From Shigella phage SH-2: a DNA stretch of 64,000 nt. Made by a program: the position numbers and the translations under genes. The notes beneath the pieces are model-generated. The model had not been told where the DNA came from, did not search any database, and worked only from the letters and a program-made list of their open reading frames with translations. This document shows, in pieces, positions 55,840-64,000 of this stretch (positions within the stretch are counted from its first letter, which is position 1; each line of letters begins with the position of its first letter). The stretch is from sequence record PQ642267, one strand, 5' to 3'.

Positions 55840-56331
55840 ATGTTTGTAGATGATGTAACACGAGCGTTTGAATCTGGTGATTTTGCTCGACCTAACTTAT
55901 TCCAAGTAGAAATTTCTTATCTTGGACAAAATTTTACGTTTCAATGTAAAGCCACTGCTTTACCAGCTGGTATTGTAGAAAAAATTCCAGTCGGATTCAT
56001 GAACCGTAAAATTAACGTAGCAGGCGATCGTACATTCGATGACTGGACTGTTACAGTAATGAACGATGAGGCACATGATGCTCGCCAGAAGTTTGTTGAT
56101 TGGCAAAGCATTGCTGCTGGGCAAGGGAACGAAATTACTGGTGGAAAACCAGCAGAGTATAAAAAGAGCGCTGTTGTTCGCCAATATGCTCGTGACGCTA
56201 AAACTGTAACAAAAGAAGTCGAAATTAAAGGTCTGTGGCCTACTAACGTGGGTGAACTTCAATTAGATTGGGATTCAAACAATGAAATCCAAACGTTTGA
56301 AGTAACTCTCGCTCTCGATTATTGGGAATAA
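55840..56331 (+). CDS. 19: tail tube protein
   Basis: 163 aa, T4 length and order. Confidence 0.95.
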   Translation: MFVDDVTRAFESGDFARPNLFQVEISYLGQNFTFQCKATALPAGIVEKIPVGFMNRKINVAGDRTFDDWTVTVMNDEAHDARQKFVDWQSIAAGQGNEITGGKPAEYKKSAVVRQYARDAKTVTKEVEIKGLWPTNVGELQLDWDSNNEIQTFEVTLALDYWE

Positions 56332-56363
56332 AATGAATGGGGAGAAATCCCCATCCTGCTTAA

Positions 56364-57988
<1,625 letters not shown>

Positions 57989-57989
<1 letters not shown>

Positions 57990-58201
57990 TGGAAGGTTTA
58001 ATTGAAGCTATTAAATCAAACGACCTCGTAGCCGCTCGTAAATTATTTGCTGAAGCCATGGCTGCAAGAACGATTGATTTAATTAAAGAAGAAAAAATCG
58101 CTATCGCTCGTAATTTCTTAATCGAAGGTGAAGAACCTGATGATGAGGATGACGAAGACGAGGATGATGACGAAGATGACGAAGACGAGGATGATGAATA
58201 A
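57989..58201 (+). CDS. 67: prohead core protein gp67 with poly-acidic C-terminal tail
   Basis: [20 protein letters not shown]... then ~30 consecutive D/E residues encoded by GAT/GAA/GAC/GAG repeats. Confidence 0.9.
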
Positions 58202-58626
58202 TGCTTCTGATCCCTGAAACTCATGAATTAGTTCTCGAGAATGTCGAAGCACTTATTCCTGAAGCACAGGGTCGCTTTGACGAATTGTCTTCTGCTTTAA
58301 ATAAAGACGATATAAATACAATTGTCGAGAATATGCTTGATGATGAAACTGATTTAGCAATTGCATTAGCTTCTATTAATGAAGATATGCCGCTAAATGA
58401 ATTCATCGTTAAACATGTTTCTGCTCGTGGTGAAATTACACGTACTAAAGACCGCAAGACGCGTGAACGTAATGCATTTCAAACCACCGGGCTGTCTAAA
58501 GCAAAACGTAGACAAATTGCTCGCAAAGCTACCAAAACGAAGATTGCCAATCCAGCAGGTCAATCTCGTGCTCAGCGTAAGCGTAAAAAAGCTCTTAAAC
58601 GCCGTAAAGCATTAGGATTAAGCTAA
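58201..58626 (+). CDS. 68: prohead core protein gp68
   Basis: 141 aa, T4 length and order. Confidence 0.85.
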   Translation: MLLIPETHELVLENVEALIPEAQGRFDELSSALNKDDINTIVENMLDDETDLAIALASINEDMPLNEFIVKHVSARGEITRTKDRKTRERNAFQTTGLSKAKRRQIARKATKTKIANPAGQSRAQRKRKKALKRRKALGLS

Positions 58627-59264
58627 TGAATGAACCCCAATTACTAATTGAAACTTGGGGTCAACCTGGCGAAATTATTGATGGTGTGCCAATGCTTGAA
58701 TCCCACGATGGAAAAGACTTAGGTTTAAAACCTGGTTTATACATCGAAGGAATATTCATGCAAGCGGAAGTCGTCAATAGAAATAAACGTCTTTATCCAA
58801 AACGCATATTAGAAAAAGCGGTAAAAGACTATATCAATGAGCAAGTTTTAACTAAACAAGCTCTCGGAGAATTAAATCATCCTCCACGCGCTAATGTTGA
58901 CCCGATGCAAGCCGCTATCATTATAGAAGATATGTGGTGGAAAGGAAATGACGTATACGGACGAGCTCGTGTTATTGAAGGTGACCATGGTCCTGGAGAT
59001 AAATTAGCAGCTAATATTCGTGCCGGATGGATTCCAGGAGTTTCTTCTCGTGGATTAGGTTCATTGACTGACACAAATAAAGGTTATCGTATCGTAAACG
59101 AAGGATTCAAATTAACTGTAGGTGTTGATGCAGTATGGGGTCCAAGTGCTCCAGATGCATGGGTAACTCCTAAGGAAATTACCGAATCACAGACGGCGGA
59201 AGCCGATACAAGTGCCGATGACGCCTATATGGCTCTCGCAGAGGCCATGAAAAAAGCGTTATAA
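58626..59264 (+). CDS. 21: prohead core protease
   Basis: 212 aa, T4 length and order. Confidence 0.9.
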   Translation: MNEPQLLIETWGQPGEIIDGVPMLESHDGKDLGLKPGLYIEGIFMQAEVVNRNKRLYPKRILEKAVKDYINEQVLTKQALGELNHPPRANVDPMQAAIIIEDMWWKGNDVYGRARVIEGDHGPGDKLAANIRAGWIPGVSSRGLGSLTDTNKGYRIVNEGFKLTVGVDAVWGPSAPDAWVTPKEITESQTAEADTSADDAYMALAEAMKKAL

Positions 59265-59267
59265 ATA
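59260..59267 (+). promoter_or_regulatory. late promoter TATAAATA (gene 22)
   Basis: Exact TATAAATA 28 nt upstream of ATG at 59295. Confidence 0.65.
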
Positions 59268-59294
59268 TTATTATCTAAACAACAGGACTACAAA

Positions 59295-60104
59295 ATGCTT
59301 AAAGAACAACTGATTGCTGAAGCGCAAAAAATTGATGCTTCCGTTGCTCTTGATAGTATTTTCGAATCAGTTAATATTTCTCCGGAAGCAAAAGAAACTT
59401 TCGGCACTGTATTCGAAGCTACCGTCAAGCAGCACGCCGTTAAATTAGCTGAATCTCATATCGCTAAAATTGCTGAAAAAGCAGAAGAAGAAGTAGAAAA
59501 AAATAAAGAAGAAGCCGAAGAAAAAGCTGAGAAGAAAATCGCTGAGCAAGCTTCTAAATTCATCGACCATCTTGCGAAAGAATGGCTCGCCGAAAATAAA
59601 TTAGCAGTTGATAAAGGCATCAAAGCCGAACTGTTTGAATCCATGCTTGGTGGATTAAAAGAGCTCTTTGTTGAACACAACGTTGTTGTTCCAGAAGAAT
59701 CAGTTGATGTTGTGGCTGAAATGGAAGAAGAGCTGCAAGAACATAAAGAAGAATCAGCTCGTCTGTTCGAAGAACTCAATAAGCGTGACGCATATATCAA
59801 TTATGTGCAGCGTGAAGTGGCATTGAGCGAAAGTACTAAAGATCTGACTGAGTCTCAAAAAGAAAAAGTCTCTGCTCTGGTCGAAGGTATGGATTATTCA
59901 GATGAATTCTCAAGTAAATTGAGTGCCATCGTAGAAATGGTGAAGAAGTCTAATAAAGATGAAAGCACTATTACTGAGGGTATAAATACTCCTGATACTG
60001 AAGCAGCCGGACTGAATTTCGTCACTGAAGCTGTAGAAGATAAAACTGCACCTGGTGCAGAAGATATTGTAAGTGTATATGCGAAAGTCGCATCTCGTTT
60101 CTAA
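59295..60104 (+). CDS. 22: prohead core scaffold protein
   Basis: 269 aa, highly charged E/K-rich helical protein. Confidence 0.9.
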   Translation: MLKEQLIAEAQKIDASVALDSIFESVNISPEAKETFGTVFEATVKQHAVKLAESHIAKIAEKAEEEVEKNKEEAEEKAEKKIAEQASKFIDHLAKEWLAENKLAVDKGIKAELFESMLGGLKELFVEHNVVVPEESVDVVAEMEEELQEHKEESARLFEELNKRDAYINYVQREVALSESTKDLTESQKEKVSALVEGMDYSDEFSSKLSAIVEMVKKSNKDESTITEGINTPDTEAAGLNFVTEAVEDKTAPGAEDIVSVYAKVASRF

Positions 60105-60122
60105 TTTTAAAGGTTAACACAA

Positions 60123-61688
60123 ATGACTATCAAAACTAAAGCTGAACTTTTGAACAAATGGAAGCCATTACTGGAAGGTGAAGGTTTACCGGAAATTGCT
60201 AATAGCAAACAAGCGATTATCGCTAAAATCTTTGAAAACCAGGAAAAAGATTTCCAGACAGCTCCAGAGTACAAAGACGAAAAAATTGCTCAGGCATTTG
60301 GTTCTTTCTTAACAGAAGCTGAAATCGGTGGTGACCACGGTTACAATGCTACTAACATCGCTGCCGGTCAGACTTCTGGTGCAGTAACTCAGATTGGCCC
60401 AGCTGTTATGGGTATGGTACGTCGTGCTATTCCTAACCTGATTGCTTTCGATATTTGCGGTGTTCAGCCGATGAACAGCCCGACTGGTCAGGTATTCGCA
60501 CTGCGCGCAGTATATGGTAAAGACCCAATCGCTGCCGGTGCTAAAGAAGCATTCCACCCAATGTATGGTCCAGATGCAATGTTCTCTGGTCAGGGTGCTG
60601 CTAAGAAATTCGCTGCTTTGAAAGCAAGTGATACTCTTGAAGTTGGAACTATTTACACCCACTTCTTCCAGGACACTGGTACTGTGTATCTGCAAGCTAC
60701 AGAAGTTAAGCAAATTGATACTAGTGCAACTGACGCAGCTAAATTAGATGCTGAAATTAAGAAACAAATGGAAGCTGGTGTACTGGTAGAAATCGCTGAA
60801 GGTATGGCTACTTCTATCGCTGAACTTCAGGAAGGTTTCAACGGTTCTACCGATAACCCATGGAATGAAATGGGCTTCCGTATCGATAAACAAGTTATCG
60901 AAGCTAAATCTCGTCAGCTGAAAGCTGCTTACTCTATCGAATTAGCACAAGACCTCCGCGCTGTTCACGGTATGGATGCTGATGCTGAACTGTCTGGTAT
61001 TCTGGCTACCGAAATCATGCTGGAAATCAACCGTGAAGTTGTTGATTGGATTAACTACTCAGCTCAGGTTGGTAAATCTGGTATGACCCTGACTCCGGGT
61101 TCTAAAGCTGGTGTATTTGACTTCCAGGATCCGATTGATATTCGTGGTGCTCGCTGGGCGGGTGAATCCTTTAAAGCTCTGTTGTTCCAGATTGACAAAG
61201 AAGCAGTTGAAATTGCTCGTCAGACCGGTCGTGGTGAAGGTAACTTCATTATCGCTTCCCGTAACGTAGTTAACGTTCTGGCTTCAGTTGATACTGGCAT
61301 TTCTTATGCTGCACAGGGTCTGGCTACCGGCTTTAACACTGATACTACCAAGTCAGTATTTGCTGGTGTTCTGGGTGGTAAATACCGTGTATATATCGAC
61401 CAGTATGCTAAACAGGATTATTTCACTGTAGGTTATAAAGGTCCGAACGAAATGGATGCTGGTATTTACTATGCTCCATATGTAGCTCTGACTCCGCTGC
61501 GTGGTTCCGATCCGAAGAACTTCCAACCAGTAATGGGATTCAAAACTCGTTACGGTATCGGTATCAACCCATTTGCAGAATCCGCTGCTCAGGCTCCGGC
61601 TTCTCGCATCCAGAGCGGTATGCCTTCTATTCTGAATAGCCTTGGTAAAAACGCTTACTTCCGCCGTGTATATGTTAAAGGTATCTAA
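60123..61688 (+). CDS. 23: major capsid protein
   Basis: 521 aa; MTIKTKAELLNKWKPLLEGEGLPEIANSKQAIIAKIFENQ... T4 gp23-like; codon usage typical of highly expressed late gene. Confidence 0.97.
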   Translation: MTIKTKAELLNKWKPLLEGEGLPEIANSKQAIIAKIFENQEKDFQTAPEYKDEKIAQAFGSFLTEAEIGGDHGYNATNIAAGQTSGAVTQIGPAVMGMVRRAIPNLIAFDICGVQPMNSPTGQVFALRAVYGKDPIAAGAKEAFHPMYGPDAMFSGQGAAKKFAALKASDTLEVGTIYTHFFQDTGTVYLQATEVKQIDTSATDAAKLDAEIKKQMEAGVLVEIAEGMATSIAELQEGFNGSTDNPWNEMGFRIDKQVIEAKSRQLKAAYSIELAQDLRAVHGMDADAELSGILATEIMLEINREVVDWINYSAQVGKSGMTLTPGSKAGVFDFQDPIDIRGARWAGESFKALLFQIDKEAVEIARQTGRGEGNFIIASRNVVNVLASVDTGISYAAQGLATGFNTDTTKSVFAGVLGGKYRVYIDQYAKQDYFTVGYKGPNEMDAGIYYAPYVALTPLRGSDPKNFQPVMGFKTRYGIGINPFAESAAQAPASRIQSGMPSILNSLGKNAYFRRVYVKGI

Positions 61689-61703
61689 TCTTTGACGATT
61701 TAA

Positions 61704-61731
61704 GGGACCTTCGGGTCCCTTTAGTTGTTTT
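61704..61731 (+). terminator. rho-independent terminator after gene 23
   Basis: GGGACC-TTCG-GGTCCC hairpin followed by T-rich tract. Confidence 0.6.
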
Positions 61732-61736
61732 TATGG

Positions 61737-61744
61737 TATAAATA
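61737..61744 (+). promoter_or_regulatory. late promoter TATAAATA (gene 24)
   Basis: Exact TATAAATA 27 nt upstream of ATG at 61772. Confidence 0.65.
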
Positions 61745-61771
61745 AATCATATAAACCAAAAGGAAAGCGCA

Positions 61772-63055
61772 ATGGCTAAAATCAACGAACTTCTGCGCGA
61801 ATCAACCACAACGAATAGCAACTCAATCGGTCGCCCAAATCTCGTTGCTTTGACTCGCGCTACCACTAAATTAATATATTCTGACATTGTAGCAACGCAA
61901 AGAACTAATCAACCTGTTGCTGCTTTTTATGGTATCAAATACCTTAACCCAGATAACGAATTTACGTTTAAAACTGGTGCTACTTACGCTGGCGAAGCTG
62001 GGTACGTAGACCGAGAACAAATCACAGAATTAACAGAAGAGTCTAAATTAACTCTCAATAAAGGCGATTTATTCAAATATAATAATATCGTTTATAAAGT
62101 ATTAGAAGATACACCATTTGCTACCATTGAAGAAAGCGATTTAGAATTAGCTCTTCAGATCGCAATTGTTCTTTTAAAGGTTCGCCTATTTTCTGACGCA
62201 GCGTCAACGAGCAAATTTGAAAGCTCTGATAGTGAAATTGCGGATGCTAGATTCCAGATTAATAAATGGCAAACCGCAGTTAAATCTCGTAAACTTAAAA
62301 CTGGTATCACAGTTGAATTAGCGCAAGATTTAGAAGCAAATGGATTCGATGCTCCTAATTTCTTGGAAGATTTGCTTGCAACTGAAATGGCAGATGAAAT
62401 CAATAAAGATATTCTGCAATCTTTGATTACAGTATCAAAACGCTATAAAGTTACAGGAATTACTGATACTGGATTCATTGATTTGAGTTATGCATCTGCA
62501 CCTGAAGCTGGTCGTTCATTATACCGAATGGTATGTGAAATGGTTTCGCATATCCAAAAAGAATCAACTTATACTGCAACGTTCTGTGTTGCTTCAGCTC
62601 GTGCCGCTGCGATTCTTGCTGCATCAGGTTGGTTAAAACATAAACCAGAAGATGACAAATATCTTTCACAAAATGCCTACGGGTTCTTAGCTAATGGTTT
62701 ACCGCTTTATTGCGATACTAACAGCCCATTAGATTATGTAATCGTTGGTGTAGTAGAAAATATCGGTGAAAAAGAAATTGTTGGATCAATTTTCTATGCT
62801 CCGTATACAGAAGGTCTTGACTTAGATGACCCTGAACATGTAGGTGCATTTAAAGTTGTAGTTGATCCAGAAAGCTTACAACCATCTATCGGTTTATTGG
62901 TTAGATATGCTTTATCTGCAAATCCTTACACTGTAGCAAAAGATGAAAAAGAAGCAAGAATAATTGATGGTGGAGACATGGATAAAATGGCGGGTCGTTC
63001 AGATTTGTCTGTTTTATTAGGTGTTAAATTACCAAAAATTATCGTTGATGAATAA
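61772..63055 (+). CDS. 24: capsid vertex protein
   Basis: 427 aa, gp23 paralog; follows gene 23 with only 83 bp between (no segD). Confidence 0.95.
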   Translation: MAKINELLRESTTTNSNSIGRPNLVALTRATTKLIYSDIVATQRTNQPVAAFYGIKYLNPDNEFTFKTGATYAGEAGYVDREQITELTEESKLTLNKGDLFKYNNIVYKVLEDTPFATIEESDLELALQIAIVLLKVRLFSDAASTSKFESSDSEIADARFQINKWQTAVKSRKLKTGITVELAQDLEANGFDAPNFLEDLLATEMADEINKDILQSLITVSKRYKVTGITDTGFIDLSYASAPEAGRSLYRMVCEMVSHIQKESTYTATFCVASARAAAILAASGWLKHKPEDDKYLSQNAYGFLANGLPLYCDTNSPLDYVIVGVVENIGEKEIVGSIFYAPYTEGLDLDDPEHVGAFKVVVDPESLQPSIGLLVRYALSANPYTVAKDEKEARIIDGGDMDKMAGRSDLSVLLGVKLPKIIVDE

Positions 63056-63061
63056 AACAAA

Positions 63062-63082
63062 GGGACCGAAAGGTCCCTTTTT
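63062..63082. terminator. bidirectional rho-independent terminator between gene 24 and rnlB
   Basis: GGGACC-GAAA-GGTCCC hairpin flanked by A-run upstream and T-run downstream. Confidence 0.7.
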
Positions 63083-63084
63083 AT

Positions 63085-64000
63085 TTAACTTACCAATTCA
63101 ATCCAAGCCGGACGAAGTACATCTTGTACCATTTTAACTAATTCCTTTTTAATCAAAGAAGGATTATCCGCTTGAGTTAAAGTAATACCTTCACGAGAAG
63201 TTTCTTCCAAAATATCTTGAACAGTTAGCCCCATCACCTTTCCAAAATCTTTTGGACCAATTTCGCCAATTTTAGAAATAACGTTATTTACCCGATTCAG
63301 TGTAACGTAGCAAGCTAAAATTCCCAGCAATTTATTATCAGCTTCTGACAGCTCAACTTTAGCTTTAATAGGCTTATCAGACTTTTTCTTTTCGCTAAAT
63401 TTAGAGTTCTTGCATTTAATAGCTACACGATTGCCATTAGGCATCCAAGAAGGATAACAAGGTTTCAATACATATCCTTCAGCGGTAAATACTTCGCCTT
63501 TTGCTTCGGCATTCCAAACGCATTTATTTGCATCAACTAATCCAGCATGGTCTACCGTAAAATTATAATCCTGGACTACAGAATCTAAATCATTTGGCAA
63601 TTTAATAAGCTCTTCAAATTTACCGCGGCCCAAAAGTGGAGCCATTTTAAATTTAAATGTATTACAGAATGATTCCATCATATAATCATCGACATAAGTC
63701 ACATCACCACTTTCGGTAGTAACAATAATGTCAAATACATAAAAATCTTTATCACCATAATCAACATTCTTCTGAATGCCAGGTCCGGCGAATTCGCCAA
63801 AGACTTGATAAGATACAACTGCTGAAGTTTCCATAATATCTTGTACTGCTTTAATGGAATCAGCGTAATTCTTTAAAATAATTTCATACCCAAAGAAATC
63901 TTCAGCAGGAAGAATAGGACCAGTACGTTTAGCACAAGTTGCTTTATCACGCTCAATAATCAATGAAAAGTTTGTACCGTGAATCTTTTCACGAGCTACC
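63085..64000 (-). CDS. rnlB: RNA ligase 2, N-terminal ~20 residues beyond window end
   Basis: Matches Rnl2 including nucleotidyl-transfer motif KIHGTN at the window edge (~63961-63978) and C-terminus ...RPAWIELVS. Confidence 0.85.
   Translation of the reverse strand, partial: VAREKIHGTNFSLIIERDKATCAKRTGPILPAEDFFGYEIILKNYADSIKAVQDIMETSAVVSYQVFGEFAGPGIQKNVDYGDKDFYVFDIIVTTESGDVTYVDDYMMESFCNTFKFKMAPLLGRGKFEELIKLPNDLDSVVQDYNFTVDHAGLVDANKCVWNAEAKGEVFTAEGYVLKPCYPSWMPNGNRVAIKCKNSKFSEKKKSDKPIKAKVELSEADNKLLGILACYVTLNRVNNVISKIGEIGPKDFGKVMGLTVQDILEETSREGITLTQADNPSLIKKELVKMVQDVLRPAWIELVS

Overview
This window is a T4-like (Tevenvirinae) myovirus genome segment. Positions 1-33107 are a minus-strand early/accessory block: nrdC, a four-gene paralog array, three homing-endonuclease genes (two GIY-YIG, one HNH), rI, tk, a macro-domain protein, regB, a GrcA/Y06I-like glycyl-radical protein, the denV/internal-protein locus, lysozyme e, nudE, a reduced tRNA cluster, ipI, 57B/57A and genes 1, 3, 2, 4. 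Positions 33155-63055 are the plus-strand late structural block in T4 order: baseplate 53, 5, 5.1, 5.4, 6-12, fibritin wac, neck 13/14, 15, terminase 16/17, sheath 18, tube 19, portal 20, prohead core 67/68/21/22, major capsid 23 and vertex 24, followed by a 5'-truncated rnlB on the minus strand. Gene identities rest on recognised protein sequence and motifs, T4-matching lengths and synteny; no database search was run. It is not T4 itself: no seg gene sits between 5.1/5.4 or 23/24, the tRNA cluster is reduced, and the denV/IP locus is rearranged. The most notable observations are a duplicated-then-deleted denV copy bracketing the internal-protein cassette, two extra ORFs carrying capsid-targeting leaders, and a tRNA cluster bracketed by homing endonucleases with one apparently decayed tRNA. 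The ORF track uses ATG/GTG/TTG starts; several starts were moved to an ATG with a Shine-Dalgarno sequence where checked, others are as in the track.
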